DNA from: Candidatus Cloacimonadales bacterium
GTDB taxonomy: Bacteria > Cloacimonadota > Cloacimonadia > Cloacimonadales > JAIOQZ01
Assembly (NCBI GenBank): GCA_963662655.2
Contig: CAXXTU010000002.1
Span: forward strand, 2,208,001 to 2,272,000
Direction: 5' to 3'
DNA: 64,000 bases
A model generated the notes under the pieces. The model did no database searches, was not told the DNA's origin, and saw nothing but the letters and a program-made list of their open reading frames with translations. Numbering within the stretch: position 1 is the stretch's first letter; every line of letters begins with the position of its first letter. Both the position numbers and the translations under genes were made by a program. Shown in pieces: positions 20,311-30,523 of the stretch.

Positions 20311-20604
20311 TTATTGTACAATTTTATATTGGCCTTCTTTGATTGTCGTGAGCAGATGCCTCGTGGTGCAGTCGGTTACAAGTCGAACTTCAACGTTCGG
20401 GTAGGTGTTGATGATGAAATCGAGAAGCGCGATATCCGAGAGCGACTTGATCTCCAGAAGAACGAGATCGATTTTTTGACGATCCAGAATGGATGCAATC
20501 TGGTGGATCGTATCGGCAGAGAAAACGCTATTGTCAAGATCGGAAAGCAGGTTCCCGAATTTCTCGAACATCGGCTGTGTGCGATTGACAATGAGGATAT
20601 TCAT
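20311..20604 (-). CDS. Degenerate stand-alone receiver-like protein
   Basis: NILIV...IDLVLLEI...VRLVT follows the CheY-like pattern, but Glu replaces the phospho-Asp. AGGAG RBS. Confidence 0.65.
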   Translation of the reverse strand: MNILIVNRTQPMFEKFGNLLSDLDNSVFSADTIHQIASILDRQKIDLVLLEIKSLSDIALLDFIINTYPNVEVRLVTDCTTRHLLTTIKEGQYKIVQ

Positions 20605-20631
20605 TATTCTATACTCCTGAAGGAGATATAG

Positions 20632-20647
20632 GCAATACGCAGGCCAA
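20632..20647 (-). promoter_or_regulatory. Putative sigma54 (-24/-12) promoter
   Basis: The minus strand reads TTGGCCTGCGTATTGC (GG-N10-GC), just upstream of the RBS of 20604, with an AT-rich tract further upstream. Confidence 0.6.
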
Positions 20648-20801
20648 TGCGAACCATTAGATGTTGATCTAATGTAAATATTTATAATAAAAAAAGATGG
20701 ACAGATTTTTCCAGTCCCGGGCCAATCTGGAATGACCGTGCGATTTCGCTATGCCTGCGATATCGCATAGCATTTTCGCAGAGAACGAGTTTGGGGAGAA
20801 T

Positions 20802-23189
20802 ATGACGCACGCGCCGAAATTCATGAGAATGTGGCTGAAGGAACCTCTACTGAGCATCATACTGATTCTGTGCCTGGCTATTGGAATGTCCGCCTATATC
20901 CTGATCACGGTTTACCTTTCGTACCAGCTATCCTGGGACAGGCATCAGCCCAATGGGGAAAACACCTATACATTGCAGACCATCTATACCAAGAACGGCG
21001 AGTGCGGCGGTCCGATGGTTTCCCTGGAACTGGCGAGAACCCTACTGGCGCGGCTTCCGCAGATCAAGGATGTCTACACGGTGATGGCGACCAACTTTAA
21101 TATGCTGTTCATCTACAACGATCAGCCCATCGATATGCGCTCGATATGCATTACATCGAAGAATGCGCTGCAATACCTCGGACTGGATATGCTGTATGGA
21201 GATGCCGCCACGTGCCTGGAGGACAAGAAAAGCCTGGTTATCTCCGAATCAATGGCCCAGAAGATTTTTGGTAATGAAGAGCCCATCGGACAGGTCATTG
21301 AGCAGATGTGGGAAGGGAAGAAGATATCTCGCTTTGTCGTGACGGGTGTTTTTGCCGATTTGCCCGAGAACCGGCATATTCAGACGCAGAGTTTCGTCTG
21401 GATCGACTCGTATGATATAACATTGAAAGAATCATCAACCATGTGCGATCCTGAAGAGTTCAACAAGTCGAGCAGTCGCGTATTCTTCATCCTCGAGGAA
21501 GGTACGGATCCGTCGATTCTGGAAAGGGAAGCGCATAAGATTTTCGATGAAGTGAAAGAGGCCACGCCAAACTACGATCCATCCATCGTACGAATCTTCA
21601 GAGCGGTGCCACTCAAAGAAATCCACTACCAGAATCTGTACTACGAGGAGTTGGAGACCTTCGACAGGAAGAAGCTCGTGAAATTCGGAATTCTCGCGCT
21701 GGCAATTCTCATGGTTCTGGTCAGCAATACGATCATCCTCTTTCTGGTGCGAATTCTCGGGCGCCGCGGCGAAATGGAGATCAGGAGAAGCGTCGGCGCT
21801 TCGGGTACGGATATCGTCAGACAATTTCTGGCAGAACATTCCATTCTTTATATGCTGGTGCTTGTCGTAACATTTGTAACTACCTGGCTAACGATGCCCT
21901 ATATGAAATCCTGGATTCCAGGACTCCCGCATCAGATGTCCATCGATTCGTCATTCTGGCTGTATACGGTCCTCGGGCTGGCGGTTGGCGGTATTGTAAC
22001 GGTGGTTTATCCAGCGCTTCTCGCCAGAATGATGACCGGGAAAAATTCCCGAACAAATCACTGGAAGCTGTTCATGACGATCCAGCTTGTCATTTCTCTT
22101 GTGTTGATGACGAGTTCCATGCTGCTATTCCGGCAGGTTGATCACATCACGAAGAAAGATAACGGTCTCGATGCAAGAAACGTCATGAGCTACCGGTTTG
22201 TGCTGTGCCAGGAAGAGTTTCAGAAACTCGCGCTAGAGCGCACCCGTGATCTACCTGGTGTTGAAAGTGCGGCAGTCACCAATCTGATGCCTACGATGAA
22301 TACGCCATCGACACGCGTAGTTATTCGCGGAAACAAATCCACTGGAGATTATTCCCTTTGTAATATCGGGCTAACAACTCCTGGGCTGTTCGATGTGTTC
22401 AAGATACCCCTCGTGAAAGGACGAGTTTGGGATGACGCCGATTCACCTGGCGTGATCGTCAATGAGGAGTTTGTGAGACGCTATGGACATCACGGGATTG
22501 ACCTGGGGGTTGAAGTCAAAATGGGCGAGGACAACCCAACCGTCGACCATTCCGCGGGTGAAATCATCGGAATTGTGAAGGATTGCTGGTGGACGGATGT
22601 GCGGAAGCCCGTCGATCCGATCGTTTACTGCAACGACAGGATTTATGAAGTGAATTTCCATTACCGCTTACGGCCCGGATACGAGAAAGAGACCATTGCT
22701 GAGATCAAGAAGGTATTCTACGAGTTGGAGAAGCAGTATCAATTCCGTGAGGTGGATTACGATACCCAGTGGACAATCGATCACGACTTCGATGCGGAAA
22801 GGGCGTTCCTGCAGATCGTTCTCGTCGCTTCTCTGATCGGCGTGTTCTTCACCTTTGTTGGCGTCTATGGATTGACGGCGTACACGTTGAAGCGCCAGAT
22901 GCGCGGAATGGCGATTCGGAAAGTGTTGGGCGCTACTTCCTGGGATATGCTGAAACACCTTCTGAAAGATTACACCCTTATCCTCGGTATCGCGCTGGGA
23001 ATCTCGATTCCGTTTTCTTACTATCTGCTTACCCGATGGCTTTACGGGTTCGCAAGCAGGGTGCAGCTGTGCATCGTCGATTTCGCATTTGGCTTGATCT
23101 GCACATTTCTGATCGTCTTCATCGCGGTTTTGATCAATTGGAGCAGGCTCAATCGATCGGATTTATTTGATATCTCGAGAACCGAGTAA
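20802..23189 (+). CDS. MacB/FtsX-like ABC transporter permease (duplicated domains)
   Basis: LAIG..A; EMEIRRSVGA and MAIRKVLGA FtsX motifs; two periplasmic domains; GGGGAG RBS. Confidence 0.88.
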   Translation: MTHAPKFMRMWLKEPLLSIILILCLAIGMSAYILITVYLSYQLSWDRHQPNGENTYTLQTIYTKNGECGGPMVSLELARTLLARLPQIKDVYTVMATNFNMLFIYNDQPIDMRSICITSKNALQYLGLDMLYGDAATCLEDKKSLVISESMAQKIFGNEEPIGQVIEQMWEGKKISRFVVTGVFADLPENRHIQTQSFVWIDSYDITLKESSTMCDPEEFNKSSSRVFFILEEGTDPSILEREAHKIFDEVKEATPNYDPSIVRIFRAVPLKEIHYQNLYYEELETFDRKKLVKFGILALAILMVLVSNTIILFLVRILGRRGEMEIRRSVGASGTDIVRQFLAEHSILYMLVLVVTFVTTWLTMPYMKSWIPGLPHQMSIDSSFWLYTVLGLAVGGIVTVVYPALLARMMTGKNSRTNHWKLFMTIQLVISLVLMTSSMLLFRQVDHITKKDNGLDARNVMSYRFVLCQEEFQKLALERTRDLPGVESAAVTNLMPTMNTPSTRVVIRGNKSTGDYSLCNIGLTTPGLFDVFKIPLVKGRVWDDADSPGVIVNEEFVRRYGHHGIDLGVEVKMGEDNPTVDHSAGEIIGIVKDCWWTDVRKPVDPIVYCNDRIYEVNFHYRLRPGYEKETIAEIKKVFYELEKQYQFREVDYDTQWTIDHDFDAERAFLQIVLVASLIGVFFTFVGVYGLTAYTLKRQMRGMAIRKVLGATSWDMLKHLLKDYTLILGIALGISIPFSYYLLTRWLYGFASRVQLCIVDFAFGLICTFLIVFIAVLINWSRLNRSDLFDISRTE

Positions 23190-23332
23190 ATAATGAGTTA
23201 TCTTCAATAATATCTAGTAATTACAGGAATTCTCTGCCTCGAATACCTAAATTAATCCTGGATTATTAATTTGCTTGACATGAAGTGTGATATATGCAAG
23301 CTTTAATCTTGATTAACCGCATGGAGGCAGCA

Positions 23333-24835
23333 ATGAAGACGTTACTGGTATTTTTCTTACTCGTATTGGCTTTGCAATTGGCAGCAGAAATGGAATTCAC
23401 CCAGCAGGGGACGATTCCTGTGTCGAACGGAACTTTTGCTTATGCGGAACTGAAAAACTATCACGGCGATGAGCGAATCCTCGTTTATTCGCAAACGACA
23501 ACGAGTATCTACGTCAAAGTATGTGATCCGGAAGGCAACTTAATCGAATCGTTTACTTTGACAACGACGGACAATACCGATGAACGGAAGATGAGTTATT
23601 TTGAATACGATGACACTGGTTACATGGTTGTGAATTATACGATTAGGGGTCAACGATCATATAATGGAGATAATTGGACAAGATCAGAAAGGGCATACAG
23701 TGACATATACAATCTGGAAACGGGTTCTCTTGTTGATCATCAAAACGTTGCCAGTAAAACGAGTTCTTATTCTCAGTATGAAGATCCTTATGAACCATGG
23801 TACAATTATGATTCAACAATAACCTGGACGCTAAACCCACAGCAACCTGTCACTCAGTACTTCGGTTCCGGATATTGCAAACTGAATGTACCATTCAGGT
23901 TTAGAAGACATTCATATTACACAGCCTATGATCAGATCAATGAGGAGGATGAAGTTCTCTATCCATTATACGAAGAAGTATTTGATGTGACATCTGTTAA
24001 TTACCAGTATTTTGAAGATACCGGGATGTACATATTGAGTGGGCAGGATGAGCAGCTACCTAAGATTTCTGCAGGATACAATAGGACTTTTTACGATTAC
24101 AACGATGCATGGCCAATTCGGCAATGGGTTGTTTGGGGTTTTATCTATGATGATTCACTGATAATGTCAGAACTGTTAGCGGCTGAAGCAGATTTTTCCT
24201 TTTTCGGAGTCTATGAAACCAGTAGATATGTTTTACTGTCTGATTACTACCCTGAGAGTAGTCAGTCGTTTACATTGTTAACCATTACTGACTACGAAGA
24301 CTTTGAATTCGGTGAACGAGATCTTTCAGGCAACATTATCTGGTCAAGCAGTGAGACGACTTTGGATATGTATGACGACCTTATAGCAAAACAATATCAC
24401 TCCTGTTGCTTCATCAATTGTGAAGGGAATCCTTGTACTCTCTATTACAGGGATGAGGGCAGCTCTTGGGAAGCCAGGAACAGGCTTGACGGTAGTATTG
24501 TAGATCACGGGACTTTTAGCTTTCCCACGCCCGTAAATTTAGGGAGGTTGCTGGACGGAACGATCGTGCTATTATCGGAAGGCGACTCCGATGTGGTGGT
24601 GTATCACGCAAATACAGGAATCATTGAGATTGAGCTGAACATAGAGGCCGGTTCTGGATTTGTGAATCTGGATTGGAATGACATCGAGGGCGCCACAGGT
24701 TACAAGGTCTACTCGGCGGATACGCCCGACGGCGTGTTCACGTTTCTTGCCGATGCGAGCATGAGCCAGCATTACATCACGACTTTACCGGATACGCAGA
24801 AGTATTACAAAGTGACGGCGGTATTTGGGGAATAG
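23333..24835 (+). CDS. Hypothetical exported Tyr/Asp-rich beta protein with a C-terminal FN3-like domain
   Basis: GGAGG RBS; signal peptide; ends in VNLDWNDIEGATGYKVYSADTPDG...KYYKVTA. Confidence 0.8.
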   Translation: MKTLLVFFLLVLALQLAAEMEFTQQGTIPVSNGTFAYAELKNYHGDERILVYSQTTTSIYVKVCDPEGNLIESFTLTTTDNTDERKMSYFEYDDTGYMVVNYTIRGQRSYNGDNWTRSERAYSDIYNLETGSLVDHQNVASKTSSYSQYEDPYEPWYNYDSTITWTLNPQQPVTQYFGSGYCKLNVPFRFRRHSYYTAYDQINEEDEVLYPLYEEVFDVTSVNYQYFEDTGMYILSGQDEQLPKISAGYNRTFYDYNDAWPIRQWVVWGFIYDDSLIMSELLAAEADFSFFGVYETSRYVLLSDYYPESSQSFTLLTITDYEDFEFGERDLSGNIIWSSSETTLDMYDDLIAKQYHSCCFINCEGNPCTLYYRDEGSSWEARNRLDGSIVDHGTFSFPTPVNLGRLLDGTIVLLSEGDSDVVVYHANTGIIEIELNIEAGSGFVNLDWNDIEGATGYKVYSADTPDGVFTFLADASMSQHYITTLPDTQKYYKVTAVFGE

Positions 24836-24925
24836 GAGTCGGAATCATCTTGTTCAGAGCCGGTTCGGAGTAAATATTCATTGACACGGCATCGTGTCTG
24901 CTCACGCTCTTGGTGAGGAGATCCC

Positions 24926-26980
24926 ATGGAACTAACAACCAGAAAATTTCTGCAAGAGCGCGCAGCCATGATCCTCACCGCAGCGCTGGTGGTGCCCATT
25001 TCCATATTTCTTGTAACCGGCTACTTACTGCTCAGTACCATTGCAAAACAGAAGGATGTAACTACCCTGAACAGCCTGGCGCAAAACGTGCGGTTTCTCG
25101 AAAGCAAGCGCACCAGCCAGTCGATCCAGATGCAGGCGGCCATCACCGATACGTTGTATGCTTTCTTCGACGAGAAGCCCGACAGCCGGATTATTTCCTT
25201 TCTGACGCGCGAGAATCCCGACCTGGATTCGTATGTTCTATTCACCGAAGATCATGTCGTTGGCTCAGGGATTCAACTCTCGAAGGAGCAGCGCGAGAAG
25301 CTGATCGAGATTTCCGCAGAGAAGAAGGAAGGCTCGGGCTATTACCTCGGAAGCGGGAAGCGGTACATCATGACTTATTCGGTTATCAACGCCGAATCCA
25401 CGAATCCGACGATCCTTGTTCTGTACTGGAACTACACGCTTCCGGAGAACCTGTACATCAATACACTCAAGGATTTCCACACCATGCGCATCGACTGGGA
25501 TCGCATCAAAACAGCTCCTCAGGACAAGTATGAAACCGAGCGCCGATTGATCGACAACATCAACGCAACTTCGGAAGGTATATTCATCGAGGAGTTGCCC
25601 GGGAATCTACTGTCGGCCCATTTCTTCCTGCACGATGTATTCGGTAAGCCGATTGCGATTGTAACCATGCAGACCGAGCGCTACTTTGTCTTGCAGATGA
25701 AGCGCCTCTTCTGGATCGGAGGGCTCTCGCTTTCGTTCCTCTCGATCGTGTCGGCATTGTTGCTTGCACGCAAGGCCGCGTCCTATCTGATGAATCCGGT
25801 GGAGAAGCTCAGCTATCAGATGAATCAAATCGCGAGCAATCCCGTGCATTCGGAAGAGATCAATCAGGGCGAGTTTTCGCAGTTGGATTTGCTCGTTTCG
25901 TCGTTCAACGGAATTCTTCGATCCTTCAAGGAATATTACGGTTCGGTGCAAAAATACGAGAGCATCGTCACGAACATCAAAGAGGGGATTTTCTGGAGCG
26001 ACGACAAGGGGTACATGGTTATCTCCAACAAAGCCTTCGACGATATCTTCAAGAATCAGGGGCCGATCGGCAATCTCAGCGAGATATGGGGGGGGGGCAA
26101 GGATGATTTCAAGCAAAGGATAGCCGGATTCGAGGACGGGAACGAGATTGAAATCGATGGCCGGTACTATCTGCTTTTCGTTAACGAGTACAGGCAGAAC
26201 GGGAAAGCGAATTACCTCGGTCTCATTTCCGAGATAACCCAGCAAAAGGAAGCCGAGATCGAGCGACAGCGCCTCGAGATGCAGCTTCAGACCACGAAGA
26301 AGCTTGCCGAGATCGGTCTGTTGATTGAAGGGATTTCTCACAACCTCAATTCCCCGCTTCACAACATGCTCGCCTATGTTCACTTCCTTCGGGGTGAGTT
26401 CGGCGACCACAAGGACCTCATCAAACTACAGGAAAACGGTCAACGAATGGCCGAGATCATCAAATCGCTGATGAACAGGATGTCCGAGGCGGTGGTTTTT
26501 TCCGCGAGGCCGATAGACATCAACGAGCTGGTCGGGCTGGAGTTGGCGTTCTTCGAGCATAACTTGTATTTCAAGAACAACGTTCGCAAGGTCATTCGTC
26601 TTCAGGAAAATCTTCCTGATGTGATGGCCGTTTACAGCGATATCAGTCAAGCACTGTCCAATCTGATTTCCAATGCGGTGGATGCCGTGAAGGGCACGCG
26701 GGACAAGACGATTACAATCGAGACCTTTCTGCGCGACGAGAATCTGGTTATCTCCGTGGAAGACACAGGTGTGGGGATTCCGGAAGAAAGGCTGGGAAGC
26801 ATTTTCGAGCCGTTCCAGTCGTCAAAGGAAACCGCCAACGGGATTGGTCGGGGAATAGGCCTGGCGATTTCGAGGCAGTTGTTGGAAAGCTACGACGCCA
26901 AGGTCAATGTGGAAAGCGTTGTCAACCAGGGGAGCCGATTCGAAATCGTCTTCCCGAAGGAGCGCTTTGTCGACGAGTAG
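24926..26980 (+). CDS. Membrane sensor histidine kinase (periplasmic sensor, HAMP, PAS, HisKA, HATPase)
   Basis: Two TM helices; ISHNLNSPL H-box; NLISNAVDA, DTGVGI, IFEPF and GRGIGL boxes. Confidence 0.92.
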   Translation: MELTTRKFLQERAAMILTAALVVPISIFLVTGYLLLSTIAKQKDVTTLNSLAQNVRFLESKRTSQSIQMQAAITDTLYAFFDEKPDSRIISFLTRENPDLDSYVLFTEDHVVGSGIQLSKEQREKLIEISAEKKEGSGYYLGSGKRYIMTYSVINAESTNPTILVLYWNYTLPENLYINTLKDFHTMRIDWDRIKTAPQDKYETERRLIDNINATSEGIFIEELPGNLLSAHFFLHDVFGKPIAIVTMQTERYFVLQMKRLFWIGGLSLSFLSIVSALLLARKAASYLMNPVEKLSYQMNQIASNPVHSEEINQGEFSQLDLLVSSFNGILRSFKEYYGSVQKYESIVTNIKEGIFWSDDKGYMVISNKAFDDIFKNQGPIGNLSEIWGGGKDDFKQRIAGFEDGNEIEIDGRYYLLFVNEYRQNGKANYLGLISEITQQKEAEIERQRLEMQLQTTKKLAEIGLLIEGISHNLNSPLHNMLAYVHFLRGEFGDHKDLIKLQENGQRMAEIIKSLMNRMSEAVVFSARPIDINELVGLELAFFEHNLYFKNNVRKVIRLQENLPDVMAVYSDISQALSNLISNAVDAVKGTRDKTITIETFLRDENLVISVEDTGVGIPEERLGSIFEPFQSSKETANGIGRGIGLAISRQLLESYDAKVNVESVVNQGSRFEIVFPKERFVDE

Positions 26981-27007
26981 GTGACTCTGAGATTCAGCAC
27001 CGACTCA

Positions 27008-27136
27008 GCGCCGGGGGGGCGGCGTCTGCGCGGAGCGCAGTGAAACCATGGGGCGTCAGAAGGATTACTTCTGACGCCCCATGGTTTTCGGGAGCCGAAT
27101 GCTTCCGCATCGGTTCCCACGCCGCCCCCCCGGCGC
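27008..27136 (-). repeat. Family A four-way-junction element, copy 2
   Basis: Perfect 18-bp outer IR GCGCCGGGGGGGCGGCGT encloses three hairpins, including a 6-bp stem with a 3-nt loop and an about 21-bp stem with a 5-nt loop. Confidence 0.85.
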
Positions 27137-27176
27137 GGGGTTAGCTCGCTCGACTTCATTCAATCGGATTCGTGGA

Positions 27177-28289
27177 TCAGAAAGCCTCTTTCACGTTGAA
27201 GTACAAGCCGGTCCTCATCTCGCTTTGATCCGAATCGTCGTAACGATCGCTTGCATTGTTGTAAGAGATGTCCAGGCGAATATTCAGATTCTGCTTCGTG
27301 TCCCACGCATAGCGGAAACCAACGCCTCCTGCGACTTTCGGATCGCCCGATGAGAATTTGTCGAACCTGGAAGCGACGTCCCCCACACCGCCAAAAACGG
27401 CAGCACCAAAACGATAGAATAGAGGGAAACGATATTCGGCTTGCAGCATCAAGGCGTTGTGATCGCGGTAGCGTCCTTCGTAGAACCCACGCATGGTGTC
27501 GTGATCGCAGAGCTCGGCCAATTCTTGAAATGGGGCTGAGCCATCCGTGAAAAGGTATACGTACTGGAAGGCAAGCACATGCTTCTTGAAGAGCGTGTAG
27601 TAGGCGCGAGCGTCGAGAGAAGATTTCGAGAACGTGAAATCGCTGCCCCAGCCTTCGTGGTACTGCATCGATTGCGCTTGAATCAGGTAACCGGATGTCG
27701 GGAAGATGACTGCGTTGCGTACATCGTACGCAGCTTTCAAGCCGATGCCGTGAACCGTAAACGATTCACTGCCGGGCAGGAAGCCGCTGTCGAGAGCTCC
27801 TCCGTTCTCAACTCTGGTAATGTATGATCGGAGCACCCGGTAGTTCGGGCCAATCGAGAGGCTGCCTGAAATGTCGCGCATGACGCCCAGTTCAAACTCG
27901 AGACTGTTGTCCGTGTAGTCTTCCTCTTCCATGATGGTGGTGTCGTTTCCAATTCCGCAATATTGATTAGGGTATTTTCGCAGGTCTATTTCCAGAATGC
28001 CTTGATAGTCGGGGGAAAGGTAATGCTCGGCAGAGATGTTTATTCTGATTTGTTTCTCGGTTGTGTACAGCCCGACCGCGCTATACATGTTCATCGGATT
28101 GGCAAGTCCGGGCGTATCCATGTCATAAGCCTCCCGATAGCGCAAAACATACGCGCCAAGTCCCCAGCCGGTTTCAGGAGAGTGCATGATTACCGGCAGG
28201 ATGGACAGGCCAGAGGTTTCTTCTTCATCCACGGAGAATAAAAAAGTTGCAACCAGAAACAGATAAACAATAAGACAGATTTTTTTCAC
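27177..28289 (-). CDS. BamA/TamA (Omp85) family beta-barrel without POTRA domains
   Basis: Signal peptide; SPETGWGLG; MRGFYEGRYRD loop motif; EYRFP; G.GFRY; terminal EAF. Confidence 0.85.
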   Translation of the reverse strand: MKKICLIVYLFLVATFLFSVDEEETSGLSILPVIMHSPETGWGLGAYVLRYREAYDMDTPGLANPMNMYSAVGLYTTEKQIRINISAEHYLSPDYQGILEIDLRKYPNQYCGIGNDTTIMEEEDYTDNSLEFELGVMRDISGSLSIGPNYRVLRSYITRVENGGALDSGFLPGSESFTVHGIGLKAAYDVRNAVIFPTSGYLIQAQSMQYHEGWGSDFTFSKSSLDARAYYTLFKKHVLAFQYVYLFTDGSAPFQELAELCDHDTMRGFYEGRYRDHNALMLQAEYRFPLFYRFGAAVFGGVGDVASRFDKFSSGDPKVAGGVGFRYAWDTKQNLNIRLDISYNNASDRYDDSDQSEMRTGLYFNVKEAF

Positions 28290-28301
28290 GAGCTTTCTCC
28301 A

Positions 28302-29492
28302 CTAAAAAGCTTCCATGAGTGCAACATAAATACCGTAATAGGTGTCGTCCTCACTGGAAATACCTGGAATTCTGCGAATGTTATTGATGGCGAAATCGAT
28401 CCGGAGGTTGAGGTTCTGCGTTTTTTCGAGCCGATAGCGCAGTCCCATTCCTGCCGCCAGTTTCACTCTTTGCAGGTTTAGCTCTTCCAGATCATGGTAC
28501 ACGTCGCCGATCGCTCCGAATAGGTCTCCTCCGAAGGAACGGTAGATTGGGAAGCGATACTCGAGCTGAGCCGAAAGGTAGTTGCGATCGCGGAAACGCG
28601 TTTGATGGTACCCACGCAGCATCTCGATGCCGCCGAGTTTGTATAGCTGAAGAAACGGAACCTCGCCGAAGCTGTTCTTCGAAATGAGTTGCAGGGCGAG
28701 AATGTGTTTTCTTGCAAGTGTGATGAATTTGCGCATGTCCAGACTTGACTGCGCGAAATTGTAATCGCTGCCGAGCGATTTATGGTGCGACGTGAAATCC
28801 CATGAGACCAGTAAGCCCTTCGATGCGAAGTAAATGTTGTCGCGGGTGTCCCAGTCGGTAGAAATCCCCAGGCCGACAATCTTATAAGTGTCCGATCCTT
28901 CAATGTTCCCATTTCTCAGCATGCCGTCATCGTCTCGCTCCTTGATGTCGGATGAAAAGAAATGGATGCTGGGTCCAAGCGACCAATCGCTGAGTAGTTT
29001 TCGCATTATGGAGAGGTTTGCGCCGTATTGCAGGGACAGGAAGCTTTCTTCGTCTTCGGAACGGGTATCGTTTCCAATACCGTAAAATGATTCCGGGAAA
29101 TGCTTACCCTGGATTAGAAATTTCATGCGGGTTTTATCGAAGATATCACCGTCGAACTGGGCCATGACAATCGCCTGCTCTTCTTGTGTACCGAAGCCCG
29201 TAAAGGTAAAATGGTCGGTTAATTGATGGTTCCGTTCACGGAAGTAAACAACGGAAGCTCCCAGCCCGGTCCCGGTTTCCGGTGCGTAGAAAGCGATCGG
29301 CACGAACACGAATTTGCGATCGTTTTTGCCAGAATCTTCCTTCGGCTTATTCGGTTCGAGATTCAGGATTTCACGTATTCTGCGCACGGATTCCCGGTGA
29401 TCCCGTTCGTCTTCCTCCTTTTCATCCGCGAAAAGGGAGAAAGCCAAAACGAGGAGCAGAACCAGGAAAAACAGTTTATCGTAGATTTTCAT
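28302..29492 (-). CDS. BamA/TamA (Omp85) family beta-barrel without POTRA domains, tandem paralogue
   Basis: Signal peptide; APETGTGLG; LRGYHQTRFRD; EYRFP; G.GLRY; terminal EAF. Confidence 0.85.
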   Translation of the reverse strand: MKIYDKLFFLVLLLVLAFSLFADEKEEDERDHRESVRRIREILNLEPNKPKEDSGKNDRKFVFVPIAFYAPETGTGLGASVVYFRERNHQLTDHFTFTGFGTQEEQAIVMAQFDGDIFDKTRMKFLIQGKHFPESFYGIGNDTRSEDEESFLSLQYGANLSIMRKLLSDWSLGPSIHFFSSDIKERDDDGMLRNGNIEGSDTYKIVGLGISTDWDTRDNIYFASKGLLVSWDFTSHHKSLGSDYNFAQSSLDMRKFITLARKHILALQLISKNSFGEVPFLQLYKLGGIEMLRGYHQTRFRDRNYLSAQLEYRFPIYRSFGGDLFGAIGDVYHDLEELNLQRVKLAAGMGLRYRLEKTQNLNLRIDFAINNIRRIPGISSEDDTYYGIYVALMEAF

Positions 29493-29563
29493 CGGCTGAA
29501 GTTAAAAATGTCCCGTCATTGCATGTCAAGCGAAAAGGCATGGTTGCTTCACATCTTTCCGCG

Positions 29564-30514
29564 TCACGAATACGTGTCCTCCGGTTCGTCATCTTCATCG
29601 ACTCCGAACATTTTCCGGAAGGAGCCGCCTAGATTCTTGAATGCTCCCCATGTCTTTTTTCCGCTCATGACGATCAGGTCCCGGTAGATGCGTTGCAAGA
29701 CATCCGAGAGGATGTTACGGGTGGTGTCCGCAATTACATGAACGGCGGGGAACAGTTCGTTTTCCTTTTTGATGTAGAGCATGGTACAATATCGTTCCGT
29801 GATGATCGAGATTCGGGTGAGGAGCGCTGCGTTCACCATGCCGTCGGCTAGGGAGCTTAGCATGATGTTCGCTCCCGGGAGCTTTTTCATGCCGTCGGTG
29901 GCGTATTTGGAGAAGAGCTCGGTAATGAAGTATTCTACGCCTTCCGATCCTGCGATCATGGTGGAGAGCATGACCAGCCTGCCAATGGATAGCAAATCGC
30001 GATTGGTAACTCTGCCCCGGTAGAGCTTGAAGAGCTCTCGTACCATGTTTATACTGCCCGATAGCATGAGAAACGCGTCGATGAATCCATTTTGGGAAAG
30101 ACTGGTGCTATAGAATAGCGCTGTTACGTACCTTTTCCGAATGCGCGCGCCTTCCTTCTTCAGTTCCTTTACAACGGTATTGTATCCCTTCTCGTCGGCC
30201 GTTATGGAGGAAAAATCGAATGATTGCTCGATAAGGTAATGGTTCCTTCTGAAGCATTGCATCCGTTTTTCGATCAATTCCGGGACCTTGCTCTTATCCT
30301 TGGCCGGAGGCTGATTCGGCTTCAACATGATGATCCGGGTTAAAGGTATTATCACGAAGTACACCGTTAGTCCGGCAAGCAAGACGAGGAAGCCGTACCC
30401 GGCATACGGGTGCAGGAGATAGAGCGATGTGTAGAGTTGCAGGAATTCTTTAATCACGAAGTAGATCAGGAATAGCGACAGGAAAAACAGGATTCGCTGG
30501 ATCGTTTTCATCAT
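29564..30514 (-). CDS. DUF697/YcjF-like membrane protein
   Basis: Two N-terminal TM helices; STSLSQNGFIDA, LYRGR and SLADGMVNAALLTRI motifs. Confidence 0.7.
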   Translation of the reverse strand: MMKTIQRILFFLSLFLIYFVIKEFLQLYTSLYLLHPYAGYGFLVLLAGLTVYFVIIPLTRIIMLKPNQPPAKDKSKVPELIEKRMQCFRRNHYLIEQSFDFSSITADEKGYNTVVKELKKEGARIRKRYVTALFYSTSLSQNGFIDAFLMLSGSINMVRELFKLYRGRVTNRDLLSIGRLVMLSTMIAGSEGVEYFITELFSKYATDGMKKLPGANIMLSSLADGMVNAALLTRISIITERYCTMLYIKKENELFPAVHVIADTTRNILSDVLQRIYRDLIVMSGKKTWGAFKNLGGSFRKMFGVDEDDEPEDTYS

Positions 30515-30523
30515 TCACCTCGT

